A stretch of DNA of 64,000 bases from Eledone cirrhosa (GCA_964016885.1 OZ024742.1:116188001-116252000); one strand, 5' to 3'; positions 26,269 through 41,705 are shown, counted from the stretch's first letter. Numbers and translations are program-made. The notes: generated by a model from the sequence alone, not told the origin.

Positions 26269-29200
26269 TTGGCGACCTACGTAGGAAATCGTATTATCGT
26301 GAGCTCCGCAAAAGTTTGTTGTTTTCAGTTGTTTCAAATTGCCAGTTATGGAAATTGTTGTTGTTAAGTGTTTATAAGTTCACATATATTGCTTTCTGAA
26401 AAGGACACTCAAAAAGATTGGGGCCTTGAGCATTTAAACTTTTATAATTATCAAACAATAACTTTCTTTGAAAAGAACATGGCACGCCTCACAGCCACAC
26501 GAGGCTGACAGCCTTCCTTACAAACTAACACCTCACACCAACACCACCATTTTAAATAGTACTACAGTTGCCAACACTAAAAATATAAGCAGTGGCAATA
26601 ATTTAAATTTGTCTCATGCAGACCATTCGTTTCCCGCCATTACCAATAACTTCAGATATTAAAGACGCCCCCCCCCACCACCACCACAGCGACAACAGAA
26701 ACAAAGAAAAATAAATTATTATCTCGTGACATCAAAATGGATTCACCCAGAATCGATTCTTCCACGCCGAACACCACTAACGCCACCACCACCACCACCA
26801 CCACCACCACCACCACCACCACCACCACCACCACCACCGCAACTGAAACTAAAAGTAACAATAACAAAAATAGCACTAACAACAACACCAATAACACCAA
26901 TGAGAATAACAACAACAACACCAAAACCACCGCAAAACAAAATGTGTCTTTGCCAAAGTAGCCAAGAAAAGCGAGACAATCGAGGTAAACCAGGATGAAT
27001 TAAATGAAGCCAAGCGAATGGTAAAAAAAGATGGATACAGAAGCAGTCTCACCCCCTACCCTCCGGCACACACACACCTAATAAAATGGATCATCAGCGC
27101 CTATGCACCGTGTCATATCGGACGATAAACACAAAATCACGCCGAGTGGAACGGGCATCCGAGTCCCAAATACAAAAAAGCTTTGGGACAATGTGTGGGC
27201 GAAAAAACCCCACATCAGACGTGGGCAGAAATATGGAACGGTGGACGTGATCTTTGGAACACCACAGGAAGTCAGAGAGAACACTTGCGGCGAAATTGGC
27301 CCATGACCAATTCTTCAATGCAAAGCACAAAGGCTGCGTTGTCAGCGCTAGGGTGCGTGCTCTCAGACACGCGGGGACAAAAGCCATTCAATTGGCCCGA
27401 GTTGCAGCGGCGTGCCGTGGCAACAAAGCCACGATCCGCTCTTTGGTGGACCACGACGGGCGCATGCTACTCGATCCCGGGCAAATGTGTGGAGCTTTTC
27501 AGCGACACTACGCTTAGCTGTTCGGGGGCAGCGGCGGGCCGGAACGAGGGATGGATTTTAGTGTCTACCTCTAACTGACTGGCTGCACAAGGGGTAAATC
27601 GCCTGATTTGGATGATCTGCCCTATGAACTTTACGTACAGATGCCAGACTTGTTCAGAGGCATCTTGGTGGATGTCTACTGCAACTGGCAACAGAACGGC
27701 AGAATTCACATCTCTGTGAGCCGAGGAGCGGTGCGGCTGCTGAGAAAAGATCCGTACAAGGGGGATAACATAGATCATTTCAGGCCCATGACATTGCTAA
27801 ACACAGAGTTTAAGATTTTGGCCAAGGTGCTAGCAAAGAGGTGGGCGCTTGTCGTTGGTGGTCTGGTGGGAGAGGTGCAGACATGCACTATTCCAGACAG
27901 ATCTATCCACGACAACCTCCACCTCATGCGATATATCGTGGAGAGGATAGATAGGGAACCTGGCAAGGGTCGACCATCGTTATTTGGCAGCAGTCCCGAG
28001 GGCGGCTGGCTTTGGGCCCGTCTTCAGAGGCTGAATCGCTGCCATGCACAGCAACATCTGCACTGTGAACGGTCACCTTTTGGAACCGTTCAACATCATG
28101 TGCTCGGTCCGCCAAGGATATCCCCTCTCGTCCCTCATGTACGTATAGACTTGCGAGCCATTACTGCACAAACTGGAGACGTTGAGGGGGTCCGGCACGA
28201 ACTAGGATGCGGAAGATCCGTGTCAGCATATGCGGACGATGTCACCGTATTGGTGTCGAACGCCAAACACATCGAGGCGATCGGCACTACACTAAGAGAA
28301 TACGAAGCGGTGACAGGAGCAATGATTAACAAGGAAAAGTCGGTGGGTCTCTGCTCGCCACCTAGAGAAGCAGGTCCATGCCATCCGACAGCGTCGTCGG
28401 GCGCTGGACGGACGGACCGCTTAAATTGCTAGGGGTCTGGTTCTGTTCGGACCTCCAGACGGATAAAAACTGGGACGAGGTGACGAGTAGGGTGGCTTCT
28501 CTCACCCAGAAATGGGCCGAGAGGAAGCTATCCCTGAAAGGTTGAGCGGAGGTGGCTAACGCGTACATCATGTCTGTCATCTACTACCGCCTGACTGTCG
28601 TGCCTTGTCCTAAGCCTCGCCTGACTGCGGTGGAGCGTTTGCTCTTTCGCTTTTTGTGCGGTCCATCTGTTGTCAACACCCGCTACGTGGAGGGCTGGGC
28701 ATGCCGTGGCTGATGATGCGCAGACACGCGCTCAGGCTACGACATATTCACCTCTTCCTCGACGGTGATCAGGTGTAGTCGCCGTTTGCTAGACGCGTCT
28801 TTCCCCAGCTCGTCACCTTGACGGAGCTGCAGTCCTGGGTCAAGCGAAAACCGAGAGGGAGCGGTGGAGACTGGACGTCTTCAGGCGCTCACAGCCCTCG
28901 ACCAATCGAGCAATGGGATCGGTGGAAACTCCACCTTGGCGTCCTATAGAGGATTAGTGGAGGGGAAGAGCGAGGACGTACTTTGGGAAACTCTAGGCGT
29001 CGTCGACGAAAATCAACTAGCCAATCTCTTCGGAAGAAGTTTCCGGCCGGGGCCTATGGACAACTTCCAGAAATCACTGGCCTGGCAGTGCTACCGAGTA
29101 GCCTTGCCAGTTCGGCTGCCGTCAGCCGGGCATTCCGAGATGCGCCTAGGGCGACGAAACCATCCTGCATGCACTCGTCCAGTGTCCGAGCATTGCTGAC

Positions 29201-29778
29201 TTGTGGGTTTATGTCGAACACCTGCTGTCGCGTCTAGGACGGTTCCAGCTAACAGCTGAGTCCATCGTGAGGATTGCCCCGCCATCTTTCTTTAGCAGGG
29301 AAGGGCAGGCAATTTTTATCTGTCTGGTGGCCATGGCGAAAGTGATAGTATGGTGGACACGTTTGAAAGGGCTGAAGACGAGCACTTACTTCTTCGGTGA
29401 TGCCCTGATTAACTTTTTAAAATTTCATTTAAAAAGGAAAATCAGGGTAGAGAGGGAAGTGATCTGTTCCCAGCATTTTGTTGACAGATGGGTGAGAGAG
29501 GCAAGAATCGCCCGTGTTAATGGGCCTACTTTGAGTATGTGCCTGTAAATTGAAGGTGGAAAACTGGGAGAGGGCACTTGCCCTGGTGGTTAGTGTCACC
29601 GTAGCTTTTTTAATGGGCTTTCTCCACGAATGTCCCTCTCTTTTTTTGTTACATCCTCTGTTTTTTGTCTTTTTATACGCAGCAATGTCCATTTGTACCG
29701 TCCTGTATTGTCCTGTATTGTCCTGTATTTTCCTTAATGTCTACTTTGTGTAAACCCTTGTGGTTAATAAAGAAAGCA
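26269..29778 (+). mobile_element. Degenerate Tx1/L1-clade LINE, ORF1 fused to mid-ORF2
   Basis: ORF1 remnant VWAKKPHIRRGQKYGTVDV matches the 6837-7526 ORF; frameshifted RT (FRPMTLLN, SAYADDV) and C-terminus (QKSLAWQCYR, RVNGP); AATAAA then (TTA)n tail; 5' boundary approximate. Confidence 0.92.
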
Positions 29779-29790
29779 TAATTATTATTA

Positions 29791-29839
<49 letters not shown>

Positions 29840-30692
29840 GGTGGTTTGGAAGTATCGGTAGAATGTCAGGCACTATGCTTTGCAGCCTAGAGGCATGGCC
29901 CTTTACGCTCTGAGCTCAAATGCCGCTTAGGTTAACTTCGCCTTTTATCCTTATGGGTTCTATAAAATATAGCACCAGTACTACACCGGGGTAGTTGCTG
30001 GCCTTGTGCCCAAAGTAGAAATGATTATAATTCGGTGGTTTCATAGTATCGGTAGAGCGTCAGACACCATACTTTGCAGCACAGAGTTATCACCCATTAC
30101 GTTCTGAGTTCAAATCCCGCCGAGGTTAACTTTGCCTTTCATCCTTTTGGTTTCTTTAAAATAAAGCACCAGTAATACACTGTGATAGTTGCTGGCCTTG
30201 TGCCATTATCCTATTAAATTCATTTCCTTTCCTATCCAATTGGCTATTTTCAAAAATAGCTTACCATTGCGCAACTACAACAAAACAAGTAGAACAGTAA
30301 GAACAGTAGCAGCAACAAAAACGGCATCAAAATATACATATAAACAAGTGCAATCAAGCAAAGGCAAGCAGTGAAAATGATGACAATTTAAGGCAAATAG
30401 CGACGTTCCTTTCTAAATATATTCCATTAAATTCAGAAATAAGACAACAAAGCTAACGTCGATGTAGAAAAAAAATTAACGTAGTTTACTTTCCGGTCAT
30501 TAAAGTCATTAAAACCATTAAAAAATCAAAACATTGCTGATCTTGAAGACAATTATATTCCTGAATATTTTTCATGATTATATTGTCTGGCAATAACTTA
30601 GTTATAAATGTATGCATATATAGTTATTCATGCCTACATATACATCCATCCACAGAGACAAACACAAAATTACACATCAGACACTCACATAG

Positions 30693-30755
<63 letters not shown>

Positions 30756-30756
30756 A

Positions 30757-30861
<105 letters not shown>

Positions 30862-33269
30862 ATGTATATATACTGTTATACAGGTGCATTGTCAACGCTC
30901 CTACTTGCAATTACTACATACTTTACATACAAACACACATTCATACAAACACGCAGACCAACACAGTATACTCACACACATTATATATATATATATATAA
31001 GTGTGTGTTTGTGTGTGTATCTATGTATATATATATATAAATGTATGTATGTATATAAGTATGTACGGAGAACAATAGAGAGAGCTAGAGAGAAAGTGTG
31101 AAAGAGAGACTACTATGCCTTTCTAATAAATATAAAAATATCCGTGAAATTTAAAGTATTGGCAAAAAGTTTCATCTGAATAAATATGATCAAGCTGTTC
31201 AACACGTATTGAGTACTTAGTACTTTTGTTTTGAATGTTATATACAACTTATATGTGCGTATGGTGGAAAATGCTTACGTGCGTATATATATATATATAT
31301 ATATAATGGATATATCTTATAATCTTTCGCTGTAGATTGCGTTTCAGTCGTTTGCCCTGTCAAAATCCGCAACCTAATTTTATACAAAGTACGTTGGTAT
31401 GTCTTGAATAAATAAATATATATTGTACCTGATAATAAATATATCTTATACCTGAAAACAAGATGTGGTGATCATAACTGAACTACCTTTGATTATACGA
31501 ATAGACCAGCAACAACAAGGATATCCCTACCAACACAAACAACAAAAACACATACGATAACATTTGAATAAACCAATTTTAGGTTGATCTATAAAGGTGT
31601 CTGGTGGTCTGATATATTATTTCCTGCGGTAGCTGCACGACATAAACAAGCTGGGTTGTGACCAGAAAGTTTAAGGTATTATCGATTGTTTTTGTATTCT
31701 TGTCATACACACAATTGTTCTGACTCCAACTTGCAGATCTCTATATGGCATTATCAAGTGAACACTTTATATTATCTTGTTATATTCATGCGTATGGAAT
31801 TATCATGCCTATTCACTTAGCCTCCTAGACATCTTGGTTATGGACAACTCTCTAAAGTATTCTGGACTTAATGTGCTCAACCGTCCTTAAATTGCGAAAT
31901 TTTACACGTATCCTCAAATGAAAATGATCCCTAAATAACTTATAATTTTGTAATTATTCCGATCTTCGGCATAAAATAATTCTGAAATATTAAATAAAGT
32001 TTTAGCAAATTCTTCTTAGCTGCAATTGTGATATATCTGATGATTTGCCACTGGATTTTATTGGATTTGCTTCGAGTCCACCCAAAATTCAGCAGAACTA
32101 CAACCATTATCAAAGTGTTCGACCTATGACCCGTCTGTCATATTTTTAAAATGAATATAGTACTACATTACCCAAAATGCACTACTTCCGGTATTTTATG
32201 ATGTACCTAAACAAATAGGCGTTCCATCACACGCGTTAGAGATGCGAACATACAGTAGATATCGTTTCAAAGCTGAGTTATTTAGGTCAATTACTTTATC
32301 CAATATCATTTCTTTTTTAATTGAGAAAAATATAGCTACTATCTCTAGCTGGTTGAGCAGTACATTGTGGTTTAGTGGTTTCATTGAACATTGATATGCG
32401 CTCCGCATTTCCTTACATCCACACCATCTGTAGTGATGATGTTCCTGAAAGCCAAGTAGTGTTGAATGCACCCAATAATATCTAAACATGCGGTTTAAGA
32501 GTTCTTTTTTTTATTTAACGTTTGGTTACGAGGTTGATGTATTGCAAGTTATTCATTGCGTTAAATTTCACTTTTTTTAATCAATCGATAAGATCCCAGA
32601 ACTCACTTGCTTACCGAATGGGTCTTTCTATTGCTGAAACTATCTCCTGGCAGATGGAGCAACCTGATATAAAGTGGCTCGCACATCGCCCGATTCGGGA
32701 ATCAAATTTCAAACCCCATGTTTTCGAATCCTATTTTCTGACCACAAATTTCACATATACATGAAATAAATGCATGAATACGCGATACTTAACATTTCGT
32801 TTATATATTAGCTATTTATTTTTAGCTTTTATGAGAGTGGGGAAAAGATTAAAATAATGCTTACCACTTCTATCATTGGCCTAACATTCACGAATATCTT
32901 TGTTTATTAACGAAACTAGCAGAAAAACCACCCTTCTGCTAGCATGTGTAGTCTGCATATTGATATTATACGCAGGTATATATATCAAATAAAATCGTAA
33001 TTGACAATATATATAATACATAGAAATTGAACGAAGACTGCGTTACACTGTCTTATTTAATCAGTAACGTAATCCATGATACATTAAAAAAGACGATATT
33101 ATATATAAACTGCGTAGGAGAAAATTAGTGACAGAAAATTGGTATGTTTATTTAAGGGATGACCAACCGGAAGTGTTGACATTTCAGACATTTTAAAGAG
33201 GTGAATCTTTATATAAACAAAATCAACAGCTACGGAATTTAGTAGATAAATTATGTAATATTCATTCAA

Positions 33270-33448
33270 GGCAGTATCGGTAGAGGGTCGGACGCCATGC
33301 TTTCCAGCATTGTTACGTCCCTTTACGATCTGAGTTCAAATCCCGCCGAGGTTGACATTGCCTTTCATCCTTACGGGATCGATAAAATAAAGTACCAGTA
33401 ATGCACTGGGTAATTGCTGGCCTTGTGCCTAAAGTAGAAACAATTATT
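33270..33448 (+). mobile_element. tRNA-derived SINE (~185 bp), representative copy
   Basis: A-box-like GGCAGTATCGG, B-box GAGTTCAAATCCC, body GCCTTTCATCCTTACGGG.TCGATAAAATAAAGTACCAG, (ATT)n tail; other + copies at 20019-20192, 25914-26040, 29838-30030, 30034-30204 and older ones at ~11440, ~17380. Confidence 0.9.
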
Positions 33449-34665
33449 TATTCAAAGTAATGCAACTTATTTTACTAATGGGATAAACAATTATAAGCCG
33501 TACGCAGTCCCGCGCTCCTTATTTTATTATAGTTTAGATGATGATTAATCTTATAATACTCTCTCCAATCACAACATGATTTTCAGGCTACTGCACCACT
33601 ATGTTCATCCAACGGGGGAGCCTTAATGCTTGCTCTAGACTTTACAGAAACTACAGACAAATATCAATAAGATCAGAAACTACAGTTATAAAAGTGGACA
33701 TAGATGTTGGAAAATGGAACCCTGGCATTTAAAGAATACATGGTGAACAAAACTGAAAAGGCTTTGACCTGGTCTGCTCAGTCAAGACTAATTTGGGGTT
33801 AGACAAAACAAACATGTTATCAGATGGTTGAGTAGCTGGTTTTGGTCTTGAACATATACTCTTAATTATGGGGGAAAAGGCAGTGCCAGTGCCAAAATAT
33901 AAACCATCATTTCAGCGGCTAATATTCTGTTGAGTCAACAAACGGTATGGCTTCGTTTTGGGTTGTTCTAAATAATTTCCTTGATCAACTTAATAAACCA
34001 ATGCATTATCTTATCGATGTCTCACTGTAAGAACTATCTTTAAAATTGTTGTATGACATGAGCGTAAGTGAGTCCGTTTATGAGATATCTCGTCCTTTTA
34101 AGGAAAACTGTCACAATCTACCTGAAATCATTCGCCACTATTTCAAAATAAAATGAAGACAATTGTAGATCCAAATGCACCACCACACACGAGCACGCTT
34201 CCGGTCAAGCATGCCCAGCCTCCGGCTACTACACACCACACCATACCCACAATGAGCACTATATTGACACACTTGGAATAATGCAATTTGCTTGATTTCA
34301 TATTCAACACCGAAGAATGTAAAACACGTCAAATAATCGACGAAAAACAAAACATAGAGCAAAAGTCCAGGAAATGTCGCAAATACCAAATTGTTCTAAA
34401 ATGTGACTAATGATAAAAAGTAACAACATAAATAAAAATATTATATATATTTTTTCTATACATACACACAATATATATATATATATATTTGTGTGTATAT
34501 ACTCATGCATAATTATACTTTTAATTAAATATTAGGTTAAAAACCTGAGTATCGAGAATAACATAAGCATGTATTACAACATTTCAAACAAAATGGAATA
34601 ATATAGAATTTAGATATAAAATCATTTATTTATATTTACAAATCAAAGATTATAATAATCGGTTT

Positions 34666-34860
34666 TTAATGAGATCCCTGTGATTGATGCAAGGCTACTA
34701 ATTTGTCAATATTTGGTGTGAAAGCCGTTAGAGATAGTCGTAATTCACCTCTTCTTTCTATATCAAGGCGATTTTCACTTTTTGAAAGCAGATGCATCAC
34801 CTGACTGAAACCTGATTCAACTAAATAAGATGTGGGGAAAGCAAGTAAAAACAATTTAAC
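34666..34860 (-). pseudogene. hAT (Charlie/Buster-type) transposase C-terminal fragment
   Basis: FPTSYLVESGFS...NRLDI..RGELRLSLT...PNIDKL...HQSQGSH* is the characteristic Buster/Charlie C-terminus. Confidence 0.85.
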
Positions 34861-35565
34861 GATTTTATTCGACGGAATATTGTCTACACATTTTTTTAGA
34901 TGCAGTTGCCATTTTATCCGAAATATTATATTTTTTAAATAAACAAGAGATTGGTTTTAACTTCTAGTCTTATTAGAGATTAAACGTTTTCTTTACGTTG
35001 TTAAGTTATGTGTTTAGAATAATAGCCTAGGGGGCCCACCTAGACCGACAGGAAGGCCAGATGGGGGGGGGGGGCACCCTGTTAGTTACGCCAATGCCTC
35101 TATGTCTTCTATTATAATTTCATACACATCTAGAATCCATCATAATTTTATCAATCCAGGAAACATGAACACCAAACATGAAATCGGCTCGAAAACGAAG
35201 TTTGTGACTAAATAACTCTAGGCATGTTGTAATACACTTTAACGATTCTCATAATCTACACAATAACTTAAAGACGGGTTGGGTATGGCTGAACTGTGTT
35301 TGATCATAAATCTGCTCAATGAAGGTAGACTTGACGTTAAACAACAGCGGCATAGCAAATTAACATTGGATTATCGATTAATTCTTGGATATGATATTTC
35401 AACGACGTATTGGCTACTGCAAACTACAATCCATTAGTGTACACACATATATAAACACACATACGCATACATTCACACATGCTATACATATGCACATACA
35501 TACATGTATACATAGGCTCATACATACATGCATATACATACCTACACACATAGATATTTATACAT

Positions 35566-35658
<93 letters not shown>

Positions 35659-36893
35659 GTGTGTGTGTGTGTGTGTTGTGTGTGTGTTGTGTGTCTGTCG
35701 TGTGTCTTGTGTGTGTGTATGTGTGTGCCTTTTATATATCTTCATTGTTAATCTTCTTAATGTCAATTTTAGAGCTTAGAATTGATAATCCCTATTTTCT
35801 CTGCACTTTAAAGATTACATTGAGCAGAAATATTCATTATGAAGATAATAGATTTATCACAAGCAACAAATCCGCCTTTCAATCAATCTATTAATTGCCC
35901 AACTTTTAGGATTTCCTATGCACCAGGCTCAAATTGGAATGAGTTAACATCTAGACAGACGTATACCTTCCGTGTTGTGTAAATGACAGTAAGGTTGGCT
36001 TTTCGCAAATCAATAGGTGCGTCGTTCGTTCGATTCTTTGAAAGTATTATGGATTTCTATTTGTGTATGTTTGTCCTTGATATTTTAACCACAGGTCGGG
36101 TTGAATCGGGCAGAACAATGATCAACAATGTTTCATCCGACATCACCCATATTTCTTTCCAAAGAGACCTTATTTATCATATCATTTCTGCTATTTTTAG
36201 CAAGTCCTGTGTTCACAAAAAGATTCTCGATTTGAGTCAGAATTTGACTTGTATTTCTGTCCGGTAGTTCGGTGAAATAATAAACAACTAGTAGTCAATT
36301 TATAGCTTGGTTCGCTCTCATTTGTGTGGTGTGCAATATTAAGGACGTTCTTTCCAGCATAGCCTTGAATCGTCCGAAGTGAATTAGTGATATTTGGTTG
36401 AGGGAAACCTTTCGGATGGACTTCTATAATTTAAAGGTCCATATTTCTCATACACTGTCATTGTGAATTACATAAACCTCACACCTATATGTAGGATACA
36501 GAGCATCGTACGAGGTAGTTTTTCCTGTAGATCGTTCTGTTGATCCAATAACTGGAACAGTTGTTATTGAAACCGCAGAGCTACATATATCTTCACCTTA
36601 TTTCTCTTCAAAAAGTTTGTGATATCAAATATGTCCAGTGTTTAATTTGACTTTCGTATCCCTGGGAGAATTGAAATAAATATCAGTCTTCTGCCGATGT
36701 TCATCCTTCTATATATGATTTTGTTACAAATATGCCTGATATTCTGTCAATGTCCTTCACTAATATTAAAAACAAAAGAAAATCGTGATGCTGTATATTG
36801 ACAGATGCTCTGTGAATTCTTGATTATTCTGTATATCAATAAAGTTAACCGTCTCTTCATGTTCAGCTCTCTATCTTACATGCTACTTGCCCC

Positions 36894-37013
<120 letters not shown>

Positions 37014-37834
37014 GTCTGTGTGTGCTTATATACACACATGAATACATACATAAATGTACACCACAAACAGAATTTCACTATTGAAATAAAGTTTGCTTAA
37101 ACGGACAACAATCTAGAATAAAGTGTCATCTTAGATGTATATTCTCTCTCTCCCTCTCTCCCTTACTCCCACCTCTTTGTCTCTCTCCTCCCACATCCTA
37201 CTCATCTCCCATCTCTCTGTTATAATCCGCTGTCAACATTCCTTCCATTAAATAGATATATGTTTGAACCGTTTGCCACGTGTCTACGTAACGGATCAAT
37301 ATATCAGAATGATTATTCAGTGTTGTAGTTGCTGTAAGGGTTTTGGTGGACACTTGGTCAGCTCTGACAAACGAATTCCTCACCAAAGGAAGACCAGTGG
37401 TGCCAAATATGTATTATCTATGTTTGATATGATTACTTCAATCATCACAGGGATTTGAGGAAGATTTAGCTGCCAATTCTAGCCAGAAGATTAATAAGAT
37501 AGACATTACATCCCTAGATTCTCGTTGAAATACTTATATACGGCACACTCTTATATGTAAATGTATATAAAATAATTAAGTTAAATATATAAAATTTGGC
37601 TTTATTTATTATAAATTATATATATACTGCTATATTTATTTAGGGGACAGCCCTCATTTGGTGTGACCTCTTCAGGCTGTCAGATTTGGTGTGGGAGACA
37701 GGTAGTACACATGTTATTGAAGTGTGTTTTAATCCGTCAATACCCCGATATGTCCAGTTCCTGGTTGCGTATTTCTCTGAGGAACTGGAATCATATGTGT
37801 CGGTAAACAACTAACATATACTCAAAAAAGTATG

Positions 37835-37866
<32 letters not shown>

Positions 37867-38068
37867 GGGGGGGGGATGTAACGTCCAGTTACTGTAGATT
37901 CACCCGAGTTAGCACTCGATGCGTAGTTTCCAGTCGGTAAAGAAGTGTAGAACTAAGGAGAGAATGAGTATCATTTAATGCTGCCTAAACGGAAAATAAT
38001 CTATATCAAACTGCCAGGCCATACTTAATTAAAATATTGCTCTTACTCTCTGTTACCCCGCTCTCTCT

Positions 38069-38139
<71 letters not shown>

Positions 38140-38775
38140 CCACTGCATACACATATCTCTGATAATCCGCTGTCGGCATCGATTAAATAGGCATATATCT
38201 TTGAACAGTTCAACTCCTGCATGTCATATGGCTGTCTACTGGATCAATAAAATCAATCAATATATTCAATATGTTAAATATTTTTGCTCTATGTAGAATG
38301 ATTTATCTCACCCTTGTTAAATGTACAGTAAACCGATATAGCATTTTTTTCAAAATGTGTTCCAATATATATATTGTTAATATAGACGCAAATCAACAAC
38401 ATTTGAACGAGAGGGTGTAGTTGATTATAAAAACCCATCGTACTTCAACTAGTAATATGTTATTCTTAATCCAAATGTGATGTGTTGGCCGAGGTGAAAT
38501 TTGATTACAGAAGGTAACGAAACATAACTATATACCATGAGGTATTTTGTCTGACGTCATCCTGACTTTCTTGTCCATTGAAATGCCCACACACGCATTT
38601 ATACATATGCATACAGAGCTATATACACATGTGTGTATATTATATTTTTTAAATATTATTATTATCATATATATATGAGATGCCTGATGAATGACATCGT
38701 ATATATATGGGATGCTGTCTTAAACATTGACAAAAAAACATATATCGAAATGTATGTATGTGTGTATATGTGCGT

Positions 38776-38828
<53 letters not shown>

Positions 38829-38840
38829 AATACACACACA

Positions 38841-38895
<55 letters not shown>

Positions 38896-38970
38896 ATGTG
38901 TGTGTGCGTTTGTGTGCGTACATGTATACGTGTGTGTGTGTGTGTGTGTGTGCATATATGTGTGAACGCG

Positions 38971-39001
<31 letters not shown>

Positions 39002-39340
39002 ATAATACGGTATATAGAGAAGAAAAACAAAAAGGGGTTATGTATTCATTTACAAGAGGTAGAGAACCATTATAGTGAAGGATATAAGGTCTACGACAAG
39101 TGGAGAAAATACTTAATAATTAAGAGGTAAAACTAAAATCTAAAACACCCACCTTTATAACTATACACATCTGGACATTCCCCTATGTGTATAGTAGTTC
39201 TCTACCCTTTGTAAATGAAAACATAACCCCTTTTTGTGTTTTCTTCCTTATATAGTGTATTATTGAGAGCTCAGTAATTTATTACTTGAGCTTATACAAT
39301 TACAGGGGATTAACGTGAGTTGTTAACTCCGTTTTTCCAA
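39002..39340 (+). mobile_element. Foldback element E (~73-bp arms + ~77-bp hairpin-rich tail)
   Basis: 39002-39074 inverted to 39190-39263; tail hairpins AGCTCA/TGAGCT and TTAAC/GTTAA; (TA)n flanks. Confidence 0.8.
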
Positions 39341-39352
39341 ATATATATATAT

Positions 39353-39918
39353 AATTGTTTCTATATTTGACACAAGGCCAGCAATTACCCAGTACATTAC
39401 TGGTACTTTATTTTATCGACCCCGTAAGGATGAAAGGCAAAGTTAACCTCGGCGGGATTTGAACTCAGTTCATAAAGGGACGTAACTTTATGCTTCAAAG
39501 CATGGTGTCTGACTCTCTACCGATACTGCCAATATATAATTGTTTCTACTTAAGGCACAAGGCCAGCAATAACCCAGTGCATTACAGGTACTTTATTTTA
39601 TCGACATCGTAAGGATGAAAGGCAAAAGTCAACCTTGGCGGGATTTGAACTCAGATCGTAAAGGGACGTAACTATGCTTGAAAGCATGACGTCCGACCCT
39701 CTACCGATACTGCCAATCCACCCAATATAATAATTGTTTCTACTATTGGCACAAGGCCAGAAATTAACCAGTACATTACTGGTACTTTATTTTATCGACC
39801 CCGTAAGGAGGAAAGGCAAAGATAACCTCGGCGGGATTTGAACTCAGAATGGCAAGGGTAATAACTCTATGCGTCAAAGCATGGCGTCCGACCCTCTAGC
39901 GATACTGCCAAGCCACCG
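39353..39918 (-). mobile_element. Three tandem SINE copies
   Basis: Units ~39353-39533, 39538-39722, 39730-39918 separated by a few AT bases. Confidence 0.92.
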
Positions 39919-40092
39919 GATAAAAACATATCAAACTTGCTGAGAATGTTGTGTTTCTCAATAGGTACGCCCAACAGACTTTATCTGGAGCCATAATAAG
40001 CAACGAAAAAGAATGTATATTGAGAGGTAAGGAGCCATATATCGTAAAAGATACACATATTGTGTGTACATACCAAATACATATTCTATAGA

Positions 40093-40134
<42 letters not shown>

Positions 40135-40159
40135 ATGTGAGTGTATTTGTGTGTATGTA

Positions 40160-40210
<51 letters not shown>

Positions 40211-40212
<2 letters not shown>

Positions 40213-40400
40213 CAAAAGAAGTGTGGTAAGGAACCAGGTGTACCGTAACGCACCAGAGTACTCAATACTTTGGGTAGTAGAGTGTGTAATAGGAAAATGT
40301 TCAATACCCCTACGGCAGAGCTCAAGCGGTTTCGACGGCTGTTTCTGGACTAAATTAGGTTTTAGCTTGGTAGTAAATAGCCGAACTGTTCAAGGGGTAA
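40211..40400 (-). mobile_element. Family C copy 3 (single arm + tail, longer internal sequence)
   Basis: Reverse complement matches 16214-16348; a shorter relic lies at ~17098-17145; right boundary uncertain. Confidence 0.75.
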
Positions 40401-40497
40401 TTCCATATATGGGCGTGCGATAATGATGCATTTCTGAAGATTGTAGTTGTCAAAAGTATTGGTTAAAATTATTTAATTCTTTAACATTATTTTTCCT

Positions 40498-40533
<36 letters not shown>

Positions 40534-40544
40534 TTCATATATAT

Positions 40545-41194
40545 GGCGCCGATGAATTTGTTTTGCGAGTTTTTTCATATGAAATCGTGTGTCGAAACAA
40601 ATATTGTTATGTTTGGCGAGGGTCATATTGTTGTAATACTATTGCCAGTAATAATACAGAACACACCCACTGTTTGGTTGGTTTTCTTTTTCGGTTCTGC
40701 ATCTTTTATATCTCCATAGATAATTCATTTGTCCATCAATGTTTATCACTGACTGACCAACGGTCATAAATACAGATATAAATATATATATAGTCTAAAA
40801 AAGTTCTTTCGTTGCACATCTGCAACATCATCAGTGGTACTATTATCATGTTCCCCCTACTGTATCGTATTGTAATGTCTACGCCATTTTTATTTAGGAT
40901 AAAATAAAAATGGCGTAGACATTACAATACAATAGAGTAGGAGAAAACATGATAATAGTACCACTGATGATGTTGCAGATGTGCAACGAAAGAACTTTGT
41001 TAGACTATATATTTTTTTTTTTATATCTGTATTCTTGACCGTTGGTCAGTCAGTGATAAACATTGATGGACATATGAATTATCTATGGAGGTATAAAAGA
41101 TGCAGAAGCGAAAAAGAAAACCAACCAAACAGTGAGTGTGTTCTCTTATTATTTCTGGCAATAGTATTACAATAATATGACGCTCCCCATGTAT

Positions 41195-41200
<6 letters not shown>
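40545..41200. mobile_element. Foldback element B: ~295-bp inverted pLTRs + left tail, non-coding PLE derivative
   Basis: 40601-40896 inverted to 40901-41200; arm homologous to 21090-21391 and tail 40551-40611 homologous to 19959-20018. Confidence 0.9.
40956..41006 (+). ncRNA. Hammerhead-like motif in PLE terminal repeat (homologues at 21141-21190 + and ~40790-40842 -)
   Basis: CTGATGA-T-GTTGCA-gatg-TGCAAC-GAAA; stems I and III weak. Confidence 0.5.
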
Positions 41201-41237
<37 letters not shown>

Positions 41238-41657
41238 TGTGTGCGTGTGCGTGTATGATTGTAAACACCTGAACATTTTGTAAAGTTCACTATCCCTTAA
41301 CACACCATTTTAATACAGCCACTTATTTGCTGAGAATATATAAACCTTGAAAGCTAGGAGTGCCTGAAATTGTATCATTTTGTATCACTATATATTTTTC
41401 TCTAAGTATAGTTTAGTCAATGAATCCTCATTCTTTAAATCCATTAGCCAATGACCGCCACCCATCCCAATGATAACCTTCCCCTACCAAAAATGTATAA
41501 ATACCACCATATCACATTGACAGTCGGCTTTCCTGATGATTTTCTAGGAATGCAAAATTTCTAGTCCTGTAGAAGCCATTTCTATATTAAAATGTTATAC
41601 TCTGCTATGTATTGAGTACCTTACTGCGTTTACCCCCCCCCCCCCATATGAACCCAC

Positions 41658-41705
<48 letters not shown>

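Noticed and set aside
34120-34400. Possible - strand exon (AG...GT, hydrophobic translation)
   Set aside because: No frame stays open between the splice-like sites; no recognisable protein
31330-36830. Coding-like stretches at ~31330-32500, ~33560-33900 and ~35900-36830
   Set aside because: Probably ancient LINE debris, but stops in all frames and no motif I can identify with confidence
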